Shown piece by piece: positions 13,062 to 21,187 of a stretch of DNA of 24,000 bases. Origin of the DNA: Prochlorococcus sp. AG-402-N21 (GTDB taxonomy: Bacteria; Cyanobacteriota; Cyanobacteriia; PCC-6307; Cyanobiaceae); the NCBI GenBank assembly GCA_003216435.1, contig QCIW01000001.1, positions 179,007 through 203,006 of the forward strand, written 5' to 3'. Made by a program: the position numbers and the translations under genes. Position 1 is the stretch's first letter, and the number at the start of each line of letters is the position of its first letter. Below the pieces are notes generated by a model. The model was not told the DNA's origin. It did no database searches and was given only the letters and a program-made list of their open reading frames with translations.

Positions 13062-14894
13062 TTATAGTCTTTCTGCTCTAGGTAGTTGCCAATTTGACGT
13101 TACACCTTCTCTGGAGAGCTTTTTAGCTCTGTTTTCTAGTGTCACCCTACTTAATCTCCATACATTATAAATACTGAATTGTCCTAAAACTTCTGGATTT
13201 AAATCTTTCCAATGAGAATACTGACTAGTTTGATCATCAATAACCAATAATATGCTTTCTGTTGAAAATGAAGGGTCAATTTTTTTCCCTTCCCAACCCC
13301 TTCTTTTCTCCATTCTCAGTCTTTCAGATAGATTTACTAATGCAACTACATCATTCGATTCGTAAATAATTATTTTATTAGTATAAAAATGAATTGAAGG
13401 TTTGTTTATACCGACCATTGCTATAAATTCATTTTCTCTCTGAGAATCTAAAATCAATTCAGATGCCTGCCTTAAAGGGAATTGCCTTAATCTATCTCCA
13501 AGCTCCCAGATAGGTAAAACAACAAAAAGATGTACAAAGATAAATGGTATTTGTAAGAGAATTAACCTTCCTTTTCTAAATTTAGAAGAGCAAAGTATTG
13601 CTAAAAAAGTTCCGATAGCAATAACAAAAAAGGCATTTTTATAAATTCCACTAGAAAGAAATTCTTCTGCTAAATCAGGCATTTCTGGATCATTAATTAA
13701 GTAGATCCAATTTGAAGAAGCATAAAAAGATATTGCCAATCCTAAAGATATTAAACAGGATATTATCCAAGCTAGAGAATTAAATGGATTTTTCTTCTCA
13801 GAATTTTGAGCACAAATTGCTATCAAGATTGCTGCAGCAGGTGTTGCAGGAAGCCAGTAACTTGGCAATTTTGTCGCAGCAGTAGTGAAAAATAATAAAA
13901 TAGAAATTAACCAACAAAATGCAAATCTATTTAAAGATTCAGATGGTAATTGAAAAGATTTGTCCTTTATATTTATTAATCTAATAAATTCTTTATAAAT
14001 AGAAAGAAATAAAAATGGTGTAAATGGAAGTGATGAGATAATCAGAATTAATCCAAAAAACCACCATGGTTGCTGATGACTATTTACTACAGATAATAAT
14101 CTTTGGAAATTATGATATCCAAAAAAACTATCCCAAAAAGGTTTTCCTTCAATTAAAAGTTCCATTAAATACCATGGAAGACTAATTATCGCAGTAATAA
14201 ATAAACCTCTTATCAGCCTTATTCGACTAATTAAAAGCCTCAAATTACCTTCTGATATGCCGAAAAAAACAAGAGTCATTCCAGAGAGAAATATTGCAAC
14301 TGGACCTTTTGTAAGAACTGCTAAAGCCAAAACAATCCATGGCCAATACCAAGACTCATTATCTGGATCTGAATATCTTCTCCATTGCAAAAGCAAGCTA
14401 ATTCCCAAAGTGCTACACAGGAGTGCATCACTAACAGCAATTCTGCTCCAAATTATGACTAGTGGAGATAAAGCAAATGCTAATGAAGCTATAACTGCAG
14501 TTCGCCTTGGCAAGTTGTAGTTGCCTTGAGGAAAATCCAATAGGGTTTTACCTATGAAAATCATCAGTACCAAAGAAGCAAAAGCTGATGGGAGTCGAGC
14601 AGACCAAGTCCCCAATGGATCCCAGACGTCTTGACCAGGCAAGCCATAGATCAAACTCATTAACCAATAAACGAAAGGAGGCTTATCAAAACGAGGCAAT
14701 CCATTCACTCTTGGGGTTAACCAATCTCCAGATAAATGCATTGCTCTTCCTGCTGCCGCAAAAAGTGGAGGGGTTTCATCAAACAAACCCGTTGATCCCA
14801 ATTCCCAAATAAATAGAACTAGTCCTAATGAAAGAATTACAAGTAATGTTCTCCTTCTAGCTATTCGAGATAAAACTACTTTCTCTGAAATCAT
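13062..14894 (-). CDS. GT-C fold polyprenyl-phosphate-sugar-dependent glycosyltransferase, ArnT/PMT_2-like (GT39/GT83)
   Basis: About 610 aa and at least 11 TM segments. N-terminal loop motif FDETPPLFAAAGRAM..GDWLTPRVNGLPRFDKPPFVYWL (DE..., KPP..YW), as in ArnT/PMT enzymes. Soluble C-terminal domain of about 130 aa. ATG 14894 is preferred to the TTG at 14900. Confidence 0.8.
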   Translation of the reverse strand: MISEKVVLSRIARRRTLLVILSLGLVLFIWELGSTGLFDETPPLFAAAGRAMHLSGDWLTPRVNGLPRFDKPPFVYWLMSLIYGLPGQDVWDPLGTWSARLPSAFASLVLMIFIGKTLLDFPQGNYNLPRRTAVIASLAFALSPLVIIWSRIAVSDALLCSTLGISLLLQWRRYSDPDNESWYWPWIVLALAVLTKGPVAIFLSGMTLVFFGISEGNLRLLISRIRLIRGLFITAIISLPWYLMELLIEGKPFWDSFFGYHNFQRLLSVVNSHQQPWWFFGLILIISSLPFTPFLFLSIYKEFIRLINIKDKSFQLPSESLNRFAFCWLISILLFFTTAATKLPSYWLPATPAAAILIAICAQNSEKKNPFNSLAWIISCLISLGLAISFYASSNWIYLINDPEMPDLAEEFLSSGIYKNAFFVIAIGTFLAILCSSKFRKGRLILLQIPFIFVHLFVVLPIWELGDRLRQFPLRQASELILDSQRENEFIAMVGINKPSIHFYTNKIIIYESNDVVALVNLSERLRMEKRRGWEGKKIDPSFSTESILLVIDDQTSQYSHWKDLNPEVLGQFSIYNVWRLSRVTLENRAKKLSREGVTSNWQLPRAERL

Positions 14895-14903
14895 TTTCAA
14901 AAG

Positions 14904-16004
14904 TTAAGTCTTTAAATTCTTCGTACAAATGTATTGGGAAATCCAATCTTCAATTCTCTTAGCAAAAACCTCTTTAGAAGCTGTGTTTTCAAACCAAGTT
15001 CTGCAATCTTTTCTCTTAATTGCCTTTACTTCTGATACTGCAGTAATCAATGCTGAAACATCATCAGGAGGGACTAGTAAGCCATTATATCCTGGCTTAA
15101 TAAGCTCTCCAGGCCCTCCTCTGTTGTAGGCAACAACAGGGACCCCACAAGCCATTGCTTCTACAACAACATTTCCATAAGCTTCATTCCATTTAGGAGT
15201 GTTGATTAAAGCTCTACATAAACCTAATTCTTTTTGCAAATCATCAGTCGGAAGGAAGCCACGAAATTCAATTATCCCTTCAGGGAAAGAGGCCTGTATT
15301 TTTGAAGCATAATCAACGTCCTCCATAAATCCCCAGACAAAAAGCTTTTCACCTAAAGAATTTGCTACTGCAACAGCATCTTCCAATCCCTTTTCAGGAG
15401 AAACTCTGCCAACCCAACCAAGAGGACCATTCCCATTAGGTTGAAATTTATAATCATTCAGTTCAAATCCATTACCAACAACTATTGGTTTAGTCTTTAA
15501 GTCATAATCTGCGGCTTGTCTATAAGTATGAAAAGCAAATTTATTAGGATCAGATTCTGATAAATCTTGGATCAAAGTTTTCATAATTTCAGAAACATCT
15601 CCCATACTTATCAAATGAAATATGCGCATATCAATAAATTGACTAACCCATATAGGTAACCAGTCATATCCAAAGTTCAAAATTGCATCTGAATTCTTTC
15701 CAATTTCAAGAGCGTCCTCCCAAAGTCTTGGCAAGACTCCGTTCATAGGGATTTCTATAGGTGCTTTATGTATTTGATGCTGCCAACTTGACTGATCACA
15801 ACCTTCTATATGTCTAATCTCAACACTTGAACAATCTGATGGAAGAAAAGATTTTTCTGGGGCTATTAAAGTAATTTTATGACCTAAAGAGATAAGACCT
15901 CTAATTAAAGAAATCAATGTAAGTTCAACACCTCCACCTCGTCCACTTCCGATATGGCCAATTGGAGTACTTACAAAAGTTAGATTTAATGACTTTAGTT
16001 TCAT
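14904..16004 (-). CDS. Glycosyltransferase, group 1 (GT4-like, GT-B fold)
   Basis: 366 aa. N-terminal Gly-rich GSGRGGGVELTLISLIRGLISLGHKITLIAP. C-terminal E-x7-E motif (EAYGNVVVEAMACGVPVVA). Its start overlaps the upstream gene's stop (ATGA at 16001-16004). Confidence 0.85.
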   Translation of the reverse strand: MKLKSLNLTFVSTPIGHIGSGRGGGVELTLISLIRGLISLGHKITLIAPEKSFLPSDCSSVEIRHIEGCDQSSWQHQIHKAPIEIPMNGVLPRLWEDALEIGKNSDAILNFGYDWLPIWVSQFIDMRIFHLISMGDVSEIMKTLIQDLSESDPNKFAFHTYRQAADYDLKTKPIVVGNGFELNDYKFQPNGNGPLGWVGRVSPEKGLEDAVAVANSLGEKLFVWGFMEDVDYASKIQASFPEGIIEFRGFLPTDDLQKELGLCRALINTPKWNEAYGNVVVEAMACGVPVVAYNRGGPGELIKPGYNGLLVPPDDVSALITAVSEVKAIKRKDCRTWFENTASKEVFAKRIEDWISQYICTKNLKT

Positions 16005-16978
16005 CCACTAATACCTTTTTCTAATAAATCACTATTTAGAGATTCTTTCTCCCAAAAACGATTTCTCTGACTCACTAAAAGCACTGAAATAAATATAAAT
16101 ATAACCCCTATCCATTGCAAAAGTTCCAGCCTTTCTCCTAACCAAAGGCCTCCAGTAAATAATGCAAACACAGGGGTTAGAAATGCCAACGTACTAAAAC
16201 TAGTTAATTCAACTTTATTGGCAAACCAAAAAAATAATCCATAAGCCAAAGCACTCCCAAAAATACTCGCGTAAACCATTAAGCCCCACTCAAAAGAAGT
16301 CCATGATGGCCAAAATGCCCACTTTGAATCAAATGCATGCAAAAACAATATCGGGAAGCCCCCAAGAACCATATGCCATCCTGTAACTGTCACAGGATCG
16401 CTGTTCTTACAAGCAAAACGAATCAAGACCGTACCAAAAGCCATGGACATAGCAGCAGCCAACATCCAAGTCTCCCCATGACTCAACAAACTTCCTTCGG
16501 TAACGGCCTGTCCTAGCAATAACCAATGCTTTAGGAACTCAGCAGGCACTCCAAGACAAATAATTCCAGCCAGACCAATTGTTAAACCTATCCATCCAAC
16601 AGGATTTATTGAGTCTCCAAAGATAGCCCTTGCAAGCAAAGCAACCATCAATGGCTGAGAATCTATTAATACTGATCCAAGGCCTGCTCCTGTTTGAGAA
16701 AGCCCCTTAGCTAAAAAAATCTGAAAAAGACTCGCATCTACAAGAGTAAAAACTAGGAACCAAAACAAATCTTCTTTAGAAATACTTATTTTTCTTTTAA
16801 AAAAAATTGCCGCAATTAGAACTATGAACCCCGAAGGGACAAGTCTTAAAAAAGCCACTATTTCTGGGCCTCCTGAGTTAACCAATGGCGACATTGCGGC
16901 CATTGCTGTGCCCCATAATGCAAATGGAAGCACCATTAAAAACCAACGCCAAATTAAAAACATGAGGTCAAATGGCAA
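16001..16978 (-). CDS. DMT-superfamily transporter (two EamA domains, about 10 TM)
   Basis: 325 aa and highly hydrophobic, with an internal duplication pattern typical of EamA/RhaT proteins (...FLAKGLSQTGAGLGSVLIDSQPLMVALLA... / ...ALAYGLFFWFANKVELTSFSTLAFLTPVFALF...). The start may be an internal Met. Confidence 0.75.
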   Translation of the reverse strand: MPFDLMFLIWRWFLMVLPFALWGTAMAAMSPLVNSGGPEIVAFLRLVPSGFIVLIAAIFFKRKISISKEDLFWFLVFTLVDASLFQIFLAKGLSQTGAGLGSVLIDSQPLMVALLARAIFGDSINPVGWIGLTIGLAGIICLGVPAEFLKHWLLLGQAVTEGSLLSHGETWMLAAAMSMAFGTVLIRFACKNSDPVTVTGWHMVLGGFPILFLHAFDSKWAFWPSWTSFEWGLMVYASIFGSALAYGLFFWFANKVELTSFSTLAFLTPVFALFTGGLWLGERLELLQWIGVIFIFISVLLVSQRNRFWEKESLNSDLLEKGISG

Positions 16979-17016
16979 ACTCCTTTTTAAGATCCAAATA
17001 AATTTGCATAAGTTTA

Positions 17017-17826
17017 ATGATCTGGCCTTTTAGACGGAAATCAAAAAAAAGGATGGCACGGATCATCATTGAGGGTGCAATCAATGGTGCAACACGCAAA
17101 CTTGTCCTAAAAGCTATCAAGCAAGTAGAAGAACGAGAGTTTCCTGCATTACTTCTAAGAATAGATAGTCCAGGAGGCACCGTTGGTGATAGCCAAGAAA
17201 TTCATAAAGCTCTTTTGAGGCTTAGAGAAAAAGGTTGCCATGTTGTAGCAAGCTTTGGGAACATATCAGCTTCTGGAGGAGTATATATAGGCGTAGGCGC
17301 AGAGAAAATAGTTGCAAATCCTGGAACAATTACTGGATCAATAGGAGTAATTCTTAGAGGAAATAATCTCTCAAAACTTCTTGAGAAAGTAGGGATCCGT
17401 TTTGAAACAATTAAGAGTGGGACCTATAAAGATATCCTTTCTCCTGACAGAGCATTAACCCCTGAAGAAAAAGAACTTTTGCAATCTCTTATTGATAGTA
17501 GTTATGAGCAATTTGTAAATGCCGTTGCAGAAGGGCGCAAATTATCTCCTGAGGTTGTTCGTGGTTTTGCCGATGGAAGAGTTTTTACTGGTGTTCAAGC
17601 AAAAGAGCTTGGCTTGATAGATGAGATTGGAGACGAAGACGATGCAAGAGTTTTAACAGCCAAGTTGGCAGATTTAGACGAAAAAATAGAACCTATTACT
17701 CTTGGCAAACCAAAAAAGAAAATCCTTGGTTTTTTACCAGGTAGTCATTTGATTTTCAAGTTAGAGGAGTTTCTGAATATGGAGATCTCATCAAATGGAC
17801 AAATCCTTTGGCTTTTTCGTCCATAA
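17017..17826 (+). CDS. sppA: Signal peptide peptidase SppA, 36K type (peptidase S49)
   Basis: LLRIDSPGGTV, NISASGGVYIG (catalytic Ser region), GTITGSIGV, and YKDILSPDRALTPEEKE: S49 hallmarks. An alternative start is at M13 (17053). Confidence 0.9.
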   Translation: MIWPFRRKSKKRMARIIIEGAINGATRKLVLKAIKQVEEREFPALLLRIDSPGGTVGDSQEIHKALLRLREKGCHVVASFGNISASGGVYIGVGAEKIVANPGTITGSIGVILRGNNLSKLLEKVGIRFETIKSGTYKDILSPDRALTPEEKELLQSLIDSSYEQFVNAVAEGRKLSPEVVRGFADGRVFTGVQAKELGLIDEIGDEDDARVLTAKLADLDEKIEPITLGKPKKKILGFLPGSHLIFKLEEFLNMEISSNGQILWLFRP

Positions 17827-17829
17827 ATC

Positions 17830-18204
17830 ATGAAAAGTAACACCAATCTTGTTCTAAAAGCATTACGTGGAGCAAATACTTGTAATAAGAACTCTTCTGA
17901 AAGTATCGGCAACGCTGTTAATGATCTTATTTGTGAATTAATCAAACGCAATGATCTTGAACCAGAACAAATTGTTTCAATTACTTTTTCAGCAACTCGT
18001 GATCTTGATGCTTGTTTCCCAGCCTCAATTGCAAGAAAGCATCCAGGGCTTGAAAACGTTGCATTATTAGACTGCCAACAAATGTTTGTTAAAAACGACC
18101 TTGCTAATTGCATAAGAGTTCTTGCTTTGGCTTGGGTACCTTCAACTCAATCCCCACAACATCCTTATCTAGGTAGAGCAACGACGCTACGTCCAGACAG
18201 ATAA
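17830..18204 (+). CDS. aroH: Chorismate mutase, AroH class
   Basis: 124 aa. LRGANTC...ESIGNAVNDLICELIKRNDLEPEQIVSITFSATRDLDACFPA...CIRVLALAW...LRPD aligns by eye with Bacillus AroH (IRGIRGATT...LLSATPDL.AVFPA...CIRVMM...LRPD). Starts 3 nt after the sppA stop. Confidence 0.85.
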   Translation: MKSNTNLVLKALRGANTCNKNSSESIGNAVNDLICELIKRNDLEPEQIVSITFSATRDLDACFPASIARKHPGLENVALLDCQQMFVKNDLANCIRVLALAWVPSTQSPQHPYLGRATTLRPDR

Positions 18205-18219
18205 AAAGCAGATGGTATT

Positions 18220-18858
18220 ATGTATTATATTTCATTATCAAGAAATTTTATAGGAAGGAAGTTCTCAAAAAAAATGTTTTACAATCAAAATTTAGTCCCC
18301 AAAAAAAAATTATTAACTCTTGGGATAGTAACCTCTTTAATAGGCTCTTCTTTATGTTTAGCCATAGGTAATTATGCACCAAAAGCAACCGCTTCAGGGT
18401 TAGAAATACGATGGGGCGAAAGTGATAACTATAAAAGACTTAAATACCTTCAGGAGTCAAAAGTACGACTTGACAGGTCTAAATATTATTTTTTTCTAAG
18501 ACCTTCAGATCGTAAGACGGCGATTCTAAAGTTAACTTTAAAGTTTCCCAAGCATTTTAAAGCCAAGATAAAGACAAAGAACCTTAGTCTTTGTAAGGTC
18601 AAGATAGGAGGTTACTCTTCTAAAACAAGGTGCCTAGAAGATATTCCTGCTACTTTTGAGGTTGACAAATCAATGCAAAATATTGATATTTTCCCAAATA
18701 TTCCTATCCCTGCAAACAAGAAATCCTATGCGGTTGTTCTAAAAATGTTTAATCCAAGAAAATCAGGCATGTATCAAGTTAATTCATTCTCTCAGTCACC
18801 TGGAGAACTCCCAATCTCTCTTTATCTAGGGAGCTATCTTATAGAGATTGGAGATTGA
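18220..18858 (+). CDS. Secreted hypothetical protein (cyanobacteria-restricted type; possibly DUF2808-like, unverified)
   Basis: 212 aa. Signal peptide LLTLGIVTSLIGSSLCLAIGNYAPKATA; the more likely start is M19 at 18274. Beta-rich body ending ...MFNPRKSGMYQVNSFSQSPGELPISLYLGSYLIEIGD. Confidence 0.55.
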   Translation: MYYISLSRNFIGRKFSKKMFYNQNLVPKKKLLTLGIVTSLIGSSLCLAIGNYAPKATASGLEIRWGESDNYKRLKYLQESKVRLDRSKYYFFLRPSDRKTAILKLTLKFPKHFKAKIKTKNLSLCKVKIGGYSSKTRCLEDIPATFEVDKSMQNIDIFPNIPIPANKKSYAVVLKMFNPRKSGMYQVNSFSQSPGELPISLYLGSYLIEIGD

Positions 18859-18911
18859 GTAAACTGATAAATTATCTTTTCATATAAGATTTAAAAAGAT
18901 AGGTACTAAAA

Positions 18912-19049
18912 ATGACAAAAAGAACACTTGGCGGAACTAGTCGAAAAAGGAAAAGAGTTTCTGGTTTTAGAGTTCGCATGAGAACTCATACTGGCAAAAG
19001 GGTTATCAGAACTAGGCGGAGAAGAGGAAGGCATCAGTTAGCAGTTTGA
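18912..19049 (+). CDS. rpmH: 50S ribosomal protein L34 (bL34)
   Basis: Own translation (below the ORF-track cut-off): [45 protein letters not shown]. Canonical L34, immediately upstream of rnpA. Confidence 0.95.
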   Translation: MTKRTLGGTSRKRKRVSGFRVRMRTHTGKRVIRTRRRRGRHQLAV

Positions 19050-19094
19050 TTATCTATCAGACTGAAGAAATTAAAAATTCTCGATCCCAGAGAA

Positions 19095-19472
19095 ATGGTT
19101 TTACCAAAATCCCTTCGTCTCAGAGGTTATAAATGCTTTGATTATCTTTATAAGCAAGGCAGTAGATTCCACGGAAGTTCTATGGTTCTTCGAGTTGCAA
19201 CCTCCAAGCCAAGATTACAAAAAGGGCCAAATGCTAAAGCCAATAAGTATTTAAAATGCGCCGTTTCGATAAGTCATAAAGTAAGCAAAAAAGCTGTAAC
19301 TAGAAATAAACTTCGAAGGGTTTTGCATGATCACTTAAGAGCCAGGCTCTCCACATCACAAATTCCTGCATGGACTCTAATAAGTCTTAAGCCCAGGAGT
19401 TCTCACGAAACTACGCATTCATTGCTAAAAGAGTGCGACAAACTACTAAATAAAGCAGGTTTGCTTCAATGA
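19095..19472 (+). CDS. rnpA: Ribonuclease P protein component
   Basis: 125-aa basic protein after rpmH. N-terminal LPKSLRLR...F and an RNR-type motif (KKAVTRNKLRRVL). Confidence 0.85.
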   Translation: MVLPKSLRLRGYKCFDYLYKQGSRFHGSSMVLRVATSKPRLQKGPNAKANKYLKCAVSISHKVSKKAVTRNKLRRVLHDHLRARLSTSQIPAWTLISLKPRSSHETTHSLLKECDKLLNKAGLLQ

Positions 19473-19879
19473 CGAATAATCTTTCAGAAAAAACCTTTTA
19501 TGAAGGGGGACCATCAAAAGCTGATCTTATTATCAATCTGCTAGCAGGATTAACTTTAATTGGATTACCTTTCACTTTTGGGGCAATCGTAAGAGCTTTA
19601 TGGTTACGTTTTAAAATCACTAACAAAAGGATATCTGTTACAGGAGGATGGCTAGGACGAGATAAAACTCAACTGGTTTATAGTCAAATTGCTGAGGTTC
19701 GCTCGATCCCAAGGGGTCTTGGTTCTTATGGTGACATGGTGATTGTCTTAAAAGATGGGGCTAGATTAGAGATGAGATCAATTCCCAATTTCCGTGAAAC
19801 AGAAAATTATATTCTTGCAAAAATTAGTCAGCCAATTCAAAAAGGTGAATCAGAAGATGCAAAAGGCTTCGCTGCCTAA
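19469..19879 (+). CDS. Membrane protein with bacterial PH (bPH_2/YdbS-like) topology
   Basis: 136 aa. TM hairpin (LIINLLAGLTLIGLPFTFGAIVRALWL), then a short beta-rich domain (YKITNKRISVTGGWLGRDKTQLVYSQIAEV...GDMVIVLKDGARLEM). Its ATG overlaps the rnpA stop (ATGA). Confidence 0.6.
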   Translation: MTNNLSEKTFYEGGPSKADLIINLLAGLTLIGLPFTFGAIVRALWLRFKITNKRISVTGGWLGRDKTQLVYSQIAEVRSIPRGLGSYGDMVIVLKDGARLEMRSIPNFRETENYILAKISQPIQKGESEDAKGFAA

Positions 19880-19962
19880 TAAAATCTCGAAGAGGCTTAT
19901 AGACCTAGATACACAATTCCCTCAATTGGGATAAAAGCTCACCCAAATCTCTTTAAAACATC

Positions 19963-21111
19963 GTGATTGGATACATCTCAGACAATTTATTAATCCCAAT
20001 TCTGGATTTTTTCTATGGATTGGTACCAAGTTATGGACTTGCGATTGTTGCCCTCACAATTGTCATAAGACTGGCATTATTCCCTTTAAGCGCAGGTTCC
20101 ATTAGAAGCGCTAGAAGAATGAAAATCGCTCAGCCAGTAATGCAAAAGCGTCAGGCTGAAATTAAAAGTCGTTATGCAAATAATCCACAAAAACAACAAG
20201 AAGAGCTTGGGAAACTTATGGGCGAATTTGGGAGTCCACTTGCAGGATGCCTTCCCCTACTTGTTCAGATGCCCATACTATTCGCTTTGTTTGCAACCTT
20301 AAGAGGATCGCCGTTTGCAGATGTTCCTTATCTTGTAAATTTAAAAATCCTACCTTCTGATCAAATTGCAGCTATTGAACCAAAGCCTTTCAAAACAGCT
20401 AAACACTCAATATTTATAACAGAAAAAGATCATTTCCCTGTTATAGCAAGTCTCCCAGGTGGTACAAAAATAGGTGCAGGAGACACAGTAAATATCAGTC
20501 TTCAAACTCCTAATGGTGAAAGTTATAACAAAGCAATTTCTCGTTATGAGGAAGGTAAGAAATTTACCCCAAACTGGAGGGTCGCCAAAGGTGAAGGGCT
20601 AGTAAAAGTAACTTCTGACGGCACTGTTAACGCAATTGCACCAGGAGATGCAACGATTGAAGCAAAAATACCAGGTCTAGCCGCCAAAAGCGGTTTCCTT
20701 TTCATCAAAGCGCTTGGGCAAGTTGGCTTCTACGTAAATGGATCTATTAACTGGGATATAGCAATTTTAGTAGGAGGTTTTGGCTTAACCCTCCTTCTTT
20801 CTCAAATACTTTCAAGCCAAGGGATGCCAGCAAATCCACAACAATCCACTGCAAATAAAATTACGCCGATAATGATTACAGGTATGTTCCTGTTTTTCCC
20901 TCTTCCTGCAGGGGTTCTTCTATATATGGTTATTGCTAATATCTTCCAAGCATTGCAAACATTTTTACTAAGTAAAGAAGCATTACCAGATAACTTACAA
21001 AAGATTCTTGATGATCAATTAGCACAGCAATCAAAAACTGCATTGGCATCCACTCCTGCAATAATCTCTGATTCCGAAAGGCTCCCATTTGAACCTAAAA
21101 GTAAAAAATGA
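19963..21111 (+). CDS. yidC: Membrane protein insertase YidC/Oxa1/Alb3
   Basis: 382 aa from a GTG start. Conserved core [20 protein letters not shown]...MKIAQPVMQ...[16 protein letters not shown]...[21 protein letters not shown]. Carries a large lumenal/periplasmic loop. Confidence 0.9.
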   Translation: MIGYISDNLLIPILDFFYGLVPSYGLAIVALTIVIRLALFPLSAGSIRSARRMKIAQPVMQKRQAEIKSRYANNPQKQQEELGKLMGEFGSPLAGCLPLLVQMPILFALFATLRGSPFADVPYLVNLKILPSDQIAAIEPKPFKTAKHSIFITEKDHFPVIASLPGGTKIGAGDTVNISLQTPNGESYNKAISRYEEGKKFTPNWRVAKGEGLVKVTSDGTVNAIAPGDATIEAKIPGLAAKSGFLFIKALGQVGFYVNGSINWDIAILVGGFGLTLLLSQILSSQGMPANPQQSTANKITPIMITGMFLFFPLPAGVLLYMVIANIFQALQTFLLSKEALPDNLQKILDDQLAQQSKTALASTPAIISDSERLPFEPKSKK

Positions 21112-21187
21112 GTGGAGAATTTATAAAAAATACAAATAAAGTGCATTTAAAAAATGATTTTATTTTTGGTGTTATTTAATCAATTTT

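Noticed and set aside
14257-15129. Plus-strand ORFs 14257-14520, 14588-14812 and 14929-15129, antisense to the GT39 and GT4 genes.
   Set aside because: Antisense shadows of long, well-supported CDSs, with no motifs.
16824-18113. ORFs 16824-17033 (+), 16968-17180 (-) and 17745-18113 (-) overlapping the DMT, sppA and aroH genes.
   Set aside because: Each overlaps a gene with clear family signatures on the other strand or frame, so they are judged spurious.
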